The position numbers and the translations under genes are program-made. From Styela clava (taxonomy: Eukaryota): 64,000 nt of DNA. The stretch's first letter is position 1, and each line of letters begins with the position of its first letter. Shown in pieces: positions 12,101 to 24,071 of the stretch. Location of the stretch: positions 18,352,001-18,416,000 of the forward strand of contig NC_135257.1 of the NCBI RefSeq assembly GCF_964204865.1. Direction: 5' to 3'. Under the pieces are notes generated by a model that was not told the DNA's origin, searched no databases, and saw only the letters and a program-made list of their open reading frames with translations.

Positions 12101-15100
12101 TTCCGGCATCGATAATAATAATACCATTCGCTTAAAATTGGGACAGTAAATTTGCAAACGTTGATAGGTAATATCAAGTCAACGCAAATGTTTATTTTGG
12201 TTTTGAAATTTGTCGTTAATGCCCTTAACAGCTGTTGCCGATGTGAACGCACGCGTAAGCCTGGATTGCCAAACCCAGGATATAGTCGCCAAAACGAATG
12301 CGGTGACAAAAACAATTAGCTATTATAACGAAATTAACCAGTAGTAAAGGCTTACTTGCTAATTTTTCGACCGACGTTCTAGACTCCTGCTGTGCATAAA
12401 AAATATTCCTTATTCGTTAAAAATATTCAATTCGAAAAAATATTCGATTTTGCCCACCCCTACTCGCATATTAATGAGGAAATAATTTAGATTGATTTTT
12501 GACCCTGGTCTGAGTTTGATTTATCGTGAATGACTAGACTAGCTGATATATACTGAATATCGCAAAATTCCGCGAAACGCCATTTGCTTTTATCATTGGT
12601 GGTTACAATAAAATGGCTGTTAAATGTTAATACGACGACGTATTTATTTTGTCAATTTGGCGATTCTGCAAATCTGTGTGATGCTGCTAGAAGTTTCTTC
12701 TAATTTAACAAACAATGGCCCAAGTTTACATTCCATTACTAAACAATGTCGTGTCGGGTATCAGAAATTTCTGAATGGCTCCAGTAAATTCACTAAGAAG
12801 AGAACACAGACCTGTCAAACCAGTACTAGAAAATCGTGTACTTTGGTCACAATTCATCGATGTCATTGACAGTCACATGACCACTCTCGTTTAGAGAAAC
12901 GCACTGCCTTGCATTCGGACATCTGGTTTCAAAGACGCCGCCGAGCGTTTTCGCGGTGGAAGCGGAATCAGTGTGCTTGTATAATAATCATATTATAAAC
13001 AAGAATTTTGCCATTAATGCAAAAGCTTTATCGTTATGATATGCAGAATTGAGTTACAAAAGTACTAGTATGTTACTTATTTGTCAACTTAATAAACACA
13101 CAAAAATATTTGTCAACTTTGAATTTTTATTCCATTCAAAATCGAAAAAAAGTGCTATTTCTCTTCAAAATCGGAAAAAAGTGCTATTTCGCAGTCCCTA
13201 AAAAAAGTTGCGAAAGTGTTTCGCAATTTTCGCAAAAAAGTGCGCTAATAGTGAACACTGTGCAAGAGTATTGCTGGACTACTCGTCGCTGTAGCATGGT
13301 TCATGTAACCGCTGGTCAGTTACAGCTTCCTCCAACACCAAGCATCTGAAAACAAATAACTGGCTGACTACCCATACTCACCCTGGACTAGTAACCGGTT
13401 GAGAAGCTGTGGTTTACCATATGGTTAAGCCATCTTATTGGCCTTCCTCTCCCCCGGGATAAATATGTAAATTCAATTTTTTTCTTACCTTCCATTTTGT
13501 TCAACATAGATTATCTGATCAAGCTTAGGTAACATAGCAGCCATCAGTTCCGGACAATTCGAATTTTCTTCAACTCGATTTATATCTTTCAATGCAATAC
13601 TTTTATGGACACTCACAGAACATGCACAAACAAAATCCTGTAACAGAAAGATAATTGTGTAGTGTATTCTGCCTTCAGTTCTTTATAAACAAGAACAAGG
13701 TTTCCATTACAAATCTACTTTATTATAAGAATCGAGCACAAATTAAGACGCAGTAGCAGACTAAGCAGCAAGTCACACAAAACATGAGTAGAGACAGAAT
13801 GTCCGCCTCGGAGAGACAGAGTCAAAATGGTTAGTGTTGATAGCGCCACCTAGTGACGTTACATCATAAATATATACAATAAAATATAACGAATTACAAG
13901 TGATAATGCCTTGTACACCCATTTGGGATGATTACCTATCTGGTCACTATAACGTACTGGTATCAAAATAAGGGGTCATGGTTTGTCATATGAATAGACT
14001 GTATCATTGGCTTTCCCCTTGGGATAAATGTAAATTTATTCTGAGGCTGTAAACTGCAAAAAAGATTCTAAATTCTGTCACTCCAATAAATTCAAAATAT
14101 CAAATACCATCATTATGAGCTACTGAATATCTTTACCGAAAGTAATTTGCTAGAAATCTGAATATTTAATCATATAAATAATCCACAGCAGCGGAAAATC
14201 TAAAATATTCACCTTCAATGCGATTCCCGCATCTATCAAAGCCAACGTAGCAGCATTCACACAGACACAATAATTACTTCCATCAGAATGTAGGACTTGC
14301 AGGTAAATATCTATCTGGGATCTGTAAGGTAAAAAGACAGCTCGAGCAGGAGAATCTATATCAATGGTTCTAAAACTTTTTGAGCCCACCCCTTTTTAAT
14401 TTGTGAAGTCTCGCTCGCCACCTCAAACATAACTAGCTTACAATAAGCTACAAATAACAGATTATAAGGCAGAAGTATGTTTCATTAAAAAAACACTCCC
14501 TTCCACTTGCGAGGCGCGCCTCACCGTTTGAAAATCACTGCTCTATATGAAGCCAGGCTACCGTGGCATTTCGCTTGAGCAAAGCTTACCATAATATCTG
14601 GAGCTATAGCTGCCATAAATTAAAGTGGCTCCAGCTCCATTAGAAACCCTTAAATCACAGACTTGAGTGTTGAGTCTTCACGAAACTGCATTTGGGCTGA
14701 TGTTTCATAGTAGTGGTTATCTTGATTGATTTTCTGTTCTTTTACTGTTAGGATTTTCAATTTTTCATTCGACCATGACATATCAGGAAATTTTCAAATG
14801 TAAGATTTCTCAATTTATTGCTGAAATCGGGTATAAAGTACTAGTAAATTGAATATTCGAATGTTGAATGAATTTGAATATTCAATCCATTTTTGACATA
14901 ACTGATAACCGATTTTAACTTTTCTCACCTTGGATATAATTCAGTTAAAATAGCAGCTTCAAAAGTCTGTTTAATGTGCATAGACAATTCTTGACCCTTT
15001 CTGTCCCCGCGTGACCGATGTTTCCTCTCAGCAGTACTAAATGTTGCTTGACTGTATTCACAGTTCAGAAATGCTTTGTCACTGAGAATCTGTGGATAGA

Positions 15101-17653
15101 TAAATAATAATAAAGAAAGTATTCAACTATCTTTTATCTTCATACAAGCGAAATCAGGGTTTTTCAAAGATATTTCTCAGGTAAATTTAATGACAGTTTA
15201 CGGTCCTTAAACCAATAGCCAAGACCAATCACAGCAAATTTCCTCAAATCGCATTTATACTCAACTCTTGAGTTTTGTAAACAACAATGTCTTCGAGTCC
15301 CAAATAAAAGTCTCTATGGCGATTAGTCATGTTATTTTGTTAGATGATTGGAGTAAATGGAAAAAGAGGCTCAAGTATCTATCTGTACAGCGTGACTGCT
15401 GGTAATTCCCATTTCTATCTTCCACAATTTTTAGCTGTGGGAAAATAAAAATATTAATATTTTTGAAAGTTGTGCCAAACATTTAAAAATTAGAATGTCG
15501 GATTAATTGTTAAATCTTTGTAGTTGGGCTTCTCAGCCCTACGCGCAAGTCACAAATTTTCTTTGTGAATCTGAGCCTCTAGTTCGAGTAAACCCTGGCC
15601 TAGTCACCACTGATTGAAAATAGTAGGTCCGCATTCCCCTTTCTAACTGTATATCAGTTGTTTGCCCAAAGCCTTTTTGCACCAGCACCAGAGCCTTGAG
15701 AGAAAGAGAAAAACTCCAGAACACATACTGTCAGGTTGTCCTCGACTTACGAGGTTGTTCCGTTCTTGTGATGCGATGTAACCCGAATTTCAGTGCAAGT
15801 CGGAACAACCAAAATGGCGAACAGTATCACTGAAACTGTGTACCATGCGACTGAAGCTTAGTGATTATTTGTTCATAATCGTAATACTTGCAATTGTCCA
15901 CGTCATTCACGGTGTAAAAAAAAAAAATAATGAGTCCAAAGCACTGATTTCTTGATCACAATGATCCAGTTTAAGGGCTTAGATATTACAGACAGTACAG
16001 TATTATCTTTTATATTTTTATGGAGTGCGTAACATCGAAACAGTGTAAGTCGCGACCGCTGTAACCTGAGGACTCCCTGTACTGGCTTTTACACCCCTAA
16101 ATACTGTTCAAAGCTTCGTGAAGAGCTTACACCTCAACATGAAGATTTCATGACTCAACTCAATCCTTATTATCTTACCTGTCCTCTCATATTAGATGAT
16201 GGTTCATGTGGTCCATAGACTGCAGCTAATATCTGAAAATTTAATTTTTGAAATTATAAACCGGCTCATTGTTATACAATGATGGAGATGAGAGGCCATG
16301 GTTCACCAAATGATTAAGCATCGATTATTAATGAAATTCTTATACCAATTAATGTTATAAAAATAAAAAAAATAATAACATTTTTCAAAGTTATCACATA
16401 TTCTACTCAAACTTATTGTGAAGTGCAAATGGACAAATGATGTATGTGACATTTGTGACATGATATAATTATTTATAAAATATATGTAAATTGCAATAAA
16501 GAGTTCATTTAGGATTGTAACCGGCTCGGCGGTTGGCACATTAAGCTTGTCATTACATTACTTATAACCAGTGGTGGGATTCAATATTTTTGTCAGCCGG
16601 TTCCATTACTAAAGTCATATTTTTCACCTGGTTCTGTTAGGATAGGATAGGATTTACATATTTATCCCGGGGGAGAGGAAAGCCGATAAGACAGCTTATC
16701 CATATGGCGAACCACGGCCTCTCGTCCGGTTACCATTCCAAGTCGGGTATGGGATTAGTTTTACTGTATTGTTTGTTTTCGGAAGCATGGACTTGGTGGT
16801 GGAGGAAGCCGTAACCGACCAGCGGTTACATGAACCACCCAACGACGGCGAGGAGTCCAGCAATCCTCTCGCACATAACCATCCCTGCATGGGATTCGAA
16901 CCTGCGAACCCACGCAGAGTAGTTAGAGGTGCGGTGGCGAGCGTATTCCTAACGTTTAGCTCGTTGAGCCACACCGCCGCGCAAAAGTCATTGGGAGTAA
17001 CCAGTAATCCTAACCGGTGCGCTGATCTCATGAAATTCCGTGATACGGTTTTATAGAACTGGTGCGAACTGGCTGAATCCCACTACTGCTTATAACCCAT
17101 TAGGAGTTCCAATGTTTTAATCTCGTGGAGGATAAGTTAGTGCGAGGGGATCGCTGGACTGGTATATACATAAGTCAGTTACTGACATATGATTAGGCCA
17201 TCTTATTAACTTTACTCTCATCTTAAAATAAATTTGAAAATTTTTTCCTTTATCATGCCTCAGCCAAATGCACCACACCTCAAAACTTTTATGAAGGACA
17301 CTTTTGAGCTTCAATTTATACCAAGAAATCGATTCGGAATACAGATGGACCTGAATTGATCAAGGTCTGGCCAAAATAAACTAAATAAGACAGTGAATCC
17401 CAAAGCAGGAAATTTCCGTTCATTTGAAAAGTTTTTTTCGTTAAGGAGCTGTTTGAGTAGAACTTAGATAAAATAAGTCTTTATAGAAAAAAATATAACC
17501 AATTTCATGTACCTTAGTGTTCCCTTGCTCTAAATAGGACGAACCGTCGGCTTGTGAAAACACTCCAAGACGACAACGAATCCGGCGTAGTTCTGTTGGT
17601 AGTCTGCCATCAATTCTATACCCTTCATCAGTTACCAATTCAAGACCAGCCAT
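6186..17653 (-). CDS. EXOSC4: Exosome component RRP41, 6 exons, 248 aa: 17653-17513, 16232-16179, 15089-14929, 14321-14213, 13637-13489, 6318-6186
   Basis: Translation MAGLELVTDEGYRIDGR..ELRRI..ADGSSYLEQGNTK/ILAAVYGPHE/..YSQATFSTAERK..FEAAILTELYPR/SQIDIYLQVLHSDG..NAATLALIDAGI. All introns are GT-AG and phases are consistent; exons sum to 747 nt. Confidence 0.95.
8868..9874. mobile_element. hAT MITE nested in the 6.65-kb element
   Basis: TIR CAGGGTTGCCA, perfect TSD CCTATAGG, TGCTTATTTT subterminal repeats. Confidence 0.88.
9208..9717. mobile_element. Charlie-type MITE nested in 8868-9874
   Basis: CAAGGGTCGGCCA...GTTGCCCCTG, GGCCCGC motifs, TSD CTGTAGAT/CTTTAGAG (6/8). Confidence 0.7.
15732..16079. 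mobile_element. Tigger/pogo-like MITE
   Basis: CAGGTTGTCCTCGACTTAC ... GTAACCTGAGGACTCCCTG followed by TA. Confidence 0.6.
16569..17088. mobile_element. hAT MITE containing a SINE
   Basis: TIR CAGTGGTGGGATTCA / TGAATCCCACTACTG; perfect TSD CTTATAAC. Confidence 0.88.
16636..16981 (-). mobile_element. tRNA-derived SINE, full-length copy (~345 bp), inside a hAT MITE
   Basis: Minus strand has an A-box-like TGGCTCAACGAG, a B-box GGTTCGAATCC and an (ATCCT)n tail; several dispersed copies in the window. Confidence 0.85.
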
Positions 17654-19442
17654 AGTTATTAACTGGATTAAATATGATCAATAAAATATGAAAATTTTTT
17701 GTTTTCGAACTTTAAAAACATAATGGCTTTAAAATATTTTTCCTGTACTATTTTTTATACAACGTATTGTTTTTTACAACGTATATTGTTGCATACTGCT
17801 AGGTAGGGAAGTATAGTCTGGAAGGACACAAATATTTCTTGTTCTGCATTTCCTCCCCGATTTTTTATATTACACCCTGGGTATTTAAGTATTTGAGTAT
17901 TTTAACGTAATATGTTTACTGTTACATAATGTAAATTCACTGAGAAATGGATGGCACTGTGTCTGCGAGACAGAATCAGATTTTCATCTAGGTTTGGTCA
18001 AAAATGCTTAAATTTATACGAATAGATAAATAAAACAAAACAATATTAAAGCTGCAAATGACGAGGGTTTGCAAAAAACATCAAAAATACTCAGCAACAA
18101 GTGTATGGTTATTTATGATTTTTTTTCATGCCTCATTACTTATGCGTAACACTAGCAAAGAATCCATTAAAGATTGGACAATTAGTGTGACATAGTGAGG
18201 AAGAAATAAAAAATTCCAAAATCGATAGAGTGATATTTTTAAAAAAAGCTTGGGGACCACAGGGTCATGTCTGCCACTTCATTTAGTCATATAGGATCGA
18301 ACAAATGATTTGAATATTTCTGATAAAATTGAACAATATAAAGAAAGCCTATTAAACGAAGTGGAAAAATTAATTAATCACTGATTAAAATAAAACAAAA
18401 TTTGGCCAAGAAATATTAAGAACTGACATCATAACAAATCTGGGTTGCAACAGGACTTTATAAACACACTGTTTATCAATTAATACTTTTGCATTTACTG
18501 AGTGAAGGTATCATATTAGAAATGAACAGGAAAATGAAACAATTTTGGCATGTAAGCACACAAGAATCTGAGGACAAAATTAATTTCAAAATATTAGGTT
18601 TTTAAAACCAAGAAAAACTGCATTTTTGGCATGAATTGCAATATCATATACTTCACGTTAATAAATATTCTGTCAGACAAATACAGTATAAATGCAGGGA
18701 CGATTACACTGTAAAATGCAGTTTTGTGAACTTAGTTAAATAGCAACATCAAAAAAACTGAACAATTAAAATTAAGATATAATATAATATTTGCTCTGCA
18801 ATGTAATGTAATTTCACTGTACGCATAGATGCCCAAAACATGTACAACAGTTCTTCATGTGCAATACATTTATTATTTTGCTTTCTTTTGTAGTCTTTAC
18901 AGTATTGAACATTGCACCGTATTGAACTGATAGAAACGAGTTAAAATCAAAACTAGGTGTTAATATTGAAAAGCAGGTCACACAAGTGTTTAAAATATTG
19001 CAATGCAGCCATGGACCGTGAACGTTTAGGAAACCACTGGTCTTTTATCATATTCCATACACAAACTTTTAACTTCAGGCCAAATTTAGAGTATTTCCAT
19101 TCGACAGGGATGCCAGTATATTGCGCTTAATATTCCTAGGACAACAGCAAGTGGGATTGCACAAAACAAAAATAAGAAAAGCTCTTATAATTATAGGGTT
19201 GCAAGAAAAAGGGGTAAATGCTTAAATTTCGCAGGCCGGATGTTGCCCTGCCCTAGACCCTACCACCGTTTCTACCAATTAGATAAATACTGAACAACGA
19301 TATCCAGTTTAAAATCAAACTAATTCCAATTTCCTACATTATTTACATATTAAAAATTCTGAAGTGGCAAGATGAGTGACATTACAAGAGATAATAAAAT
19401 GCTGATTGAAATCTCATGGAGGGTGAGGTTAATTTGTTAGAT

Positions 19443-19766
19443 CAGGGGTGTGTAACCTGCGGCCCGTGAGCCACACAAGGAAAAATTGCGCAGCCCGCAA
19501 AAGTTTTTAATTTAGTTTAATCTGATACGTGCAAGAATCCCAAGTCAATACCAGAGTCCAATTTTTTTTTTTATCTATGCTTATGACGTTACAATGCCCC
19601 TAAAACAGCTAGCTTGTGCGAACAACGCATGTCGTAAGATAAATACCAAAATTTTTAAGCCTGCATGGCTGCATCACTAGAGAGTCTATTTCAATAAAGG
19701 TGTGGCCTGCAGTTTAACCCAGTTAGTTTCATTTAGCCATCCAGTATTCAAGGTTGCACACCCCTG
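19443..19766. mobile_element. Charlie-type hAT MITE
   Basis: TIR CAGGGGTGTGTAACCT / AGGTTGCACACCCCTG; TSD TGTTAGAT/CATTAGAT. Confidence 0.82.
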
Positions 19767-19955
19767 CATTAGATAATAATGTTCAAAGGAAGGATTTAAA
19801 AAAAAAATTATCAATCTAGCTGTGGTGCTAATTATTTAATGAAAAACCATATGCATAAAATTATGTAATGAATCAGCAATTGCACAAAATTATGTAATGA
19901 ATCAGCAATTGCACAAAATTACTGTTATTAATATTATAAAATCAACTTATTTATT

Positions 19956-20639
19956 TCACTTGAAAGAAATAAAGCAAAGTCGAATTGTCAATTCCAAATC
20001 TGGTTGGAAATTTGCCGGATACTTTATCATATCAATAACTTCTATGTTACATTTTTCCCCAAATGTGCCCTGAAGGTTCTCAATCGTGATGCAGTGAGGT
20101 GGACCTTTGCACTTTGACATATCATAAGTGATAGATTCCATCAAGATTTTTGCTTTTGGCTTCATCAGACTGAAGATTAAGTCTGTGTATTTTTGCTGAG
20201 TGGGAATATTTATCGCGACGTAACTTCCGCGGTCCCAGAACCCATCAAACTGACCACATAATTCTGGTTTTAGATCAAAAATATCACCTCTGTAAATAGT
20301 AATATTCTTCTCCTTACATTTGTAAACCACAAGACAGCTATCAGAACAGGTTGATTCTGAGTATGTCAAGTTATTTTCTTCAAAAAATGCTTCGATTCCA
20401 ATTTTTGAAAACTCAAGACCGACCACCTCTAATCCTTTTTCTTCCAAGAAAATCAAATCCATCGTTTTTCCACAAAGTGGAACGAAAACACGTCCAGTCG
20501 TTCCATTTTCAAAAAGTTTCTCAAAATGTTTCACTAGCAACTGACTGTAATTTTTCCTATGAAATTTCGGGTCTTGATCTGCTGACCATTTCCATTCATC
20601 TACGGCCACTTCTCTCCTAGGTAAAGGATTAGTTTCCAT
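19956..20639 (-). CDS. TPMT: Thiopurine S-methyltransferase-like, copy 1 (227 aa, uninterrupted CDS)
   Basis: RVFVPLCGKT (SAM motif I), VVGLEFS, IYRGDIF, FDGFWDRGSYVAI, GPPH. Confidence 0.92.
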   Translation of the reverse strand: METNPLPRREVAVDEWKWSADQDPKFHRKNYSQLLVKHFEKLFENGTTGRVFVPLCGKTMDLIFLEEKGLEVVGLEFSKIGIEAFFEENNLTYSESTCSDSCLVVYKCKEKNITIYRGDIFDLKPELCGQFDGFWDRGSYVAINIPTQQKYTDLIFSLMKPKAKILMESITYDMSKCKGPPHCITIENLQGTFGEKCNIEVIDMIKYPANFQPDLELTIRLCFISFK

Positions 20640-21716
20640 GTTTGTAGAATATAGTGATATTTTACTTTCTAAGGTCTGTAATTATATATAAAATTAAGTC
20701 AATATATATGAATATTAATAAGACTTAGCACCTAGTTATGAATGAAGAGCTTTCTTGACCTACATTATTGAAGTTATTCATATCATGAAATACTATATTG
20801 ATCACTGGGGTTAACATAGGTAAATAATCGTGAAAAACATCGTCAATTCCTTTGAGTGCGATCAGAGTTATGTGCGTATAAGCCTTAGTTTGGCAACTTT
20901 TTTTTCGAGTTTTAAACTCTGCTTATATGTGAGGATATACGGTAGTACTATTACTCTTTTTTACTAAATCATGATATGAATACAAGACAAGGAAAAATAT
21001 ATGTCAAATCATCCTGCATAGTGCAATTATTTAGAAAAAAGGTTTACATATTTAGTGCATGTAAATACAGTAGAATCAACCAAAAATTTCAAACACAGAT
21101 ATTACTTCATAGTCTATGAAATGGAAATAAAATTTGAAAACTTAAAACATATGAAACTGCTTTTGAAGAAAATTGGACTTTATATTCATATTCTATAGGA
21201 AGCATTTTGACTAGTAAACGATTCAGAGTGAGACAAGTATTTATTACAAATACTTATAAAAAGCAAGCAATTTAGAAATATACAGGTGTCCAAAAAGTTT
21301 CTCCCGATTTTATAGTATCAACAAATAAAAATTTCTTTGTCTTTGTATATTAATCGATCTTATTGTGCTTGTAGTTCTCATTTATTTTATTTATAAAATA
21401 AGATTTATTTTGAATTAAAATTGGTATTACTATAAAATACACCGACATTATTTGGACAAAAACGTGAATAAATTTGATTTTAATAAGAAATAGACGTACA
21501 CCTTTTGATTGGCTGCACTACCCTTCCCACAATCAAAACAACAAACATTAATTTTACTTAATAAATCAGAATGATACTACAGAATGTTGACTAATTTATG
21601 TTCTTTAATAAATTAACATGTTAATCAGAAACCAGGATTAAAAGTAAAGTTGTAAGTTGTTCAACACTTCATGACTCTCTATATTATATCTGATTCACAA
21701 TGGTCAATTTAAAACT

Positions 21717-22412
21717 TTATTTCATTGAAAGAAGACAATAGGGAAGAGTCATAATCATATCTCCTGCATTGAAAACGGGATGTGCGAGCATGGTCATTGT
21801 ATCAACAACTTTAATTTCACATTTTGACCCAAAAGTGCTTTGTAAATTTTCTAAGGTTATGCAATGTGGAGGTCCACCGTATCTCGACGTGTCATAAGTG
21901 AAAGTCTCCATCAATATTTTCGCCTCTGGTTTCATCAGTTGTAAAATAATATCAGCATATTTCTGCTGAGTAGGGATATTGATTGCGACATAACTTCCAC
22001 GATCCCAAATGCCATCAAATTGGCCACAGACATCTGGGTTCAAATTAAACATATCACCTCTGTAAATAGTGATATTTTTCTCGTTGCATTTGTACTGCAC
22101 CAAAGGCTGATTTACAACATCCATTTTCTTGTAGGTCAAATTGTTGTCTTTGAAAAACCCTTCAACTCCGATTTCTGAGAACTCCAATCCAACAACTTCA
22201 AGCCCTTTATCAGCTAGAAATATCATGTCCAGAGTTTTTCCGCACAGCGGAACAAAAACGCGGCCTGTTTCACCATCGGCAAATAAGCAGTCGAAGTGTT
22301 TCACCAGCATAGGCGCGTATTGTGTCCTATGAAAAGGTGGGTTTTCATCTTCATTCCATATCCACTCTGTAGGAGCGAGTTCTCCCTTCTGCATCTCTTT
22401 TGATTCTGACAT
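21717..22412 (-). CDS. TPMT: Thiopurine S-methyltransferase-like, copy 2 (231 aa, uninterrupted CDS)
   Basis: RVFVPLCGKT, VVGLEFSE, FDGIWDRGSYVAI, GGPPH; visibly closest to copy 1. Confidence 0.92.
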   Translation of the reverse strand: MSESKEMQKGELAPTEWIWNEDENPPFHRTQYAPMLVKHFDCLFADGETGRVFVPLCGKTLDMIFLADKGLEVVGLEFSEIGVEGFFKDNNLTYKKMDVVNQPLVQYKCNEKNITIYRGDMFNLNPDVCGQFDGIWDRGSYVAINIPTQQKYADIILQLMKPEAKILMETFTYDTSRYGGPPHCITLENLQSTFGSKCEIKVVDTMTMLAHPVFNAGDMIMTLPYCLLSMK

Positions 22413-22950
22413 TTTAAATATAACTAATAATTAACTGTTCTATCTGTTTTAAAATAAGCATCAACATATTCATAGTATTATTACAGAAAATATATGCATA
22501 TTTTTTTGTCTTACGAATAAGATATTTTTTTATTGATCAGGAGGTAAAAGTAAACAATATTTTAGCGATTATTATATACAATATTAATTTATACTAAAAT
22601 TAATCATAAAATTGATCAGATTCTTGAAATGAGCAGTTGTTTGCTCAAAGTAGGTATAATATTGACTTGCAGCACATAGAAGCAGACAATTTTAAAGATT
22701 TATATGACCACAACAAAGTCAGAAATTTCTAAAAATGGAAGAAGCAATTATTGACATAAAATCTGATCTAAATAGAATGTTGATACTGATAAATTGCACA
22801 AATAGTGATATGTAAAAAAAAATGATTCATTATACAGCTCAGAGTCACTGTTAAACTACAATAAAGCTAATAGTTGAGGCGGCTGTTCAGAACAAATAAA
22901 ACTTGTGGAACTCATACACACTCATATGTGGAAAAATTGAAGGTGATCTA

Positions 22951-23159
22951 CAGGGTGTCCAAAAAGTTCTGCCCGATTAGATAGCATTACCAATTGCAAA
23001 TTTGAATAAATTTTGCTGAATGATAAATGGGGGCTACAATATTGAACATCTATAACATCACGTTAGAAACAGGTTGACTATAAATCTTTTTTAAAATTAA
23101 AAAAAATAACATTTGATTATAAAGACTTTATAATCAGACAAAACTTTTTGGACACCCTG
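22951..23159. mobile_element. Tc1/mariner MITE (a related left end also at ~21283)
   Basis: TIR CAGGGTGTCCAAAAAGTT flanked by TA on both sides. Confidence 0.85.
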
Positions 23160-23357
23160 TATTATGGCCAGAACAATATCATTCTAAATAGATAGAGCAA
23201 AATCTGTCAAACACACTCTACTAATTTCTGTGCTAGATTGCAATAAAGTTGTATCAAACAAATTATGCTTCATGTCAAAAAGATGGCCAAATATTTCGGA
23301 ACGGAAGAAATTAAACTTCCATTGATAATCTCCATGCCTAAGTTCAGGACTGTACTT

Positions 23358-24071
23358 TTACAGCGAACCTTTAACTTTTGGCTCGAGTAAATATATATTA
23401 ATTGTCCAATCCATTTTCAAATTCGGTATTGGAGGTGTAGATTCTCTTGTTTCAAGCAATTCATAAGAGTATCTTTTTCCTAAAGTTTCTTTCAAAGAAT
23501 CTTCAGATAAGTAGTGTGGTGGACCAGCATACTTTGTGCCATCATAATAAGCCCCCTGTAGAAGATATTTTGACATGTTTTTCATTAATTTGAACATGAT
23601 TTCTGCATATTCCAACCTCTGGCCCATATTTATAGCAATAAAACTTCCACGATCCCAAAATGCATCAAACTGTCCACAAATTTCTGGTTTCAACTTGAAA
23701 AAATCTCCGCGGTAAAGTGTTATGGCTTTATCCAGACATTTGTAAACAACAAATGGTTCATTTTCCAAATCATACTTCGTAAATTTCAAGTTATTTTCTG
23801 CAAAAAATGATTCCACTGCAACTTCTGAAAACTCTAAACCAACAACATCATGTCCTAAATCAGCAAAATAAATGAGATCCAATGATTTACCACAGAGTGG
23901 AATGAATATCCGTCCAGTTTTGCCCTCGCTAAAAAGGCGGTTGTAAAATTTTTTGACAGTGGAATGGACCTCTTGCACATGAAAAGGCGGATCCTTCTGG
24001 CCAGACTTCCAAAAATAATCGTCCCAACCATTTGTTGTAAGGTTGGTTCTTGATTCCTCATTGCTTGACAT
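23358..24071 (-). CDS. TPMT: Thiopurine S-methyltransferase-like, copy 3 (237 aa, uninterrupted CDS)
   Basis: W..FW....PPFH, RIFIPLCGKS, GHDVVGLEFSE, FDAFWDRGSFIAI, YAGPPH. Confidence 0.92.
   Translation of the reverse strand: MSSNEESRTNLTTNGWDDYFWKSGQKDPPFHVQEVHSTVKKFYNRLFSEGKTGRIFIPLCGKSLDLIYFADLGHDVVGLEFSEVAVESFFAENNLKFTKYDLENEPFVVYKCLDKAITLYRGDFFKLKPEICGQFDAFWDRGSFIAINMGQRLEYAEIMFKLMKNMSKYLLQGAYYDGTKYAGPPHYLSEDSLKETLGKRYSYELLETRESTPPIPNLKMDWTINIYLLEPKVKGSL

Larger units (their letters stand above)
6609..13260. mobile_element. 6.65-kb hAT-type composite element in EXOSC4 intron 5; no intact transposase seen
   Basis: TIR CAGTGTTAACT / AGTGAACACTG, perfect 8-bp TSD TGCAAGAG, AAAGTGC subterminal repeats at both ends; it splits a SINE copy. 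Confidence 0.88.

Noticed and set aside
16696-17056. Overlapping 111-aa and 95-aa ORFs, and a possible tRNA gene
   Set aside because: Both ORFs lie in a SINE. The head has A/B boxes but no clean cloverleaf and continues into the SINE body.
19857-19920. 29-bp perfect tandem duplication downstream of TPMT copy 1
   Set aside because: A simple slippage duplication with no sign of function.
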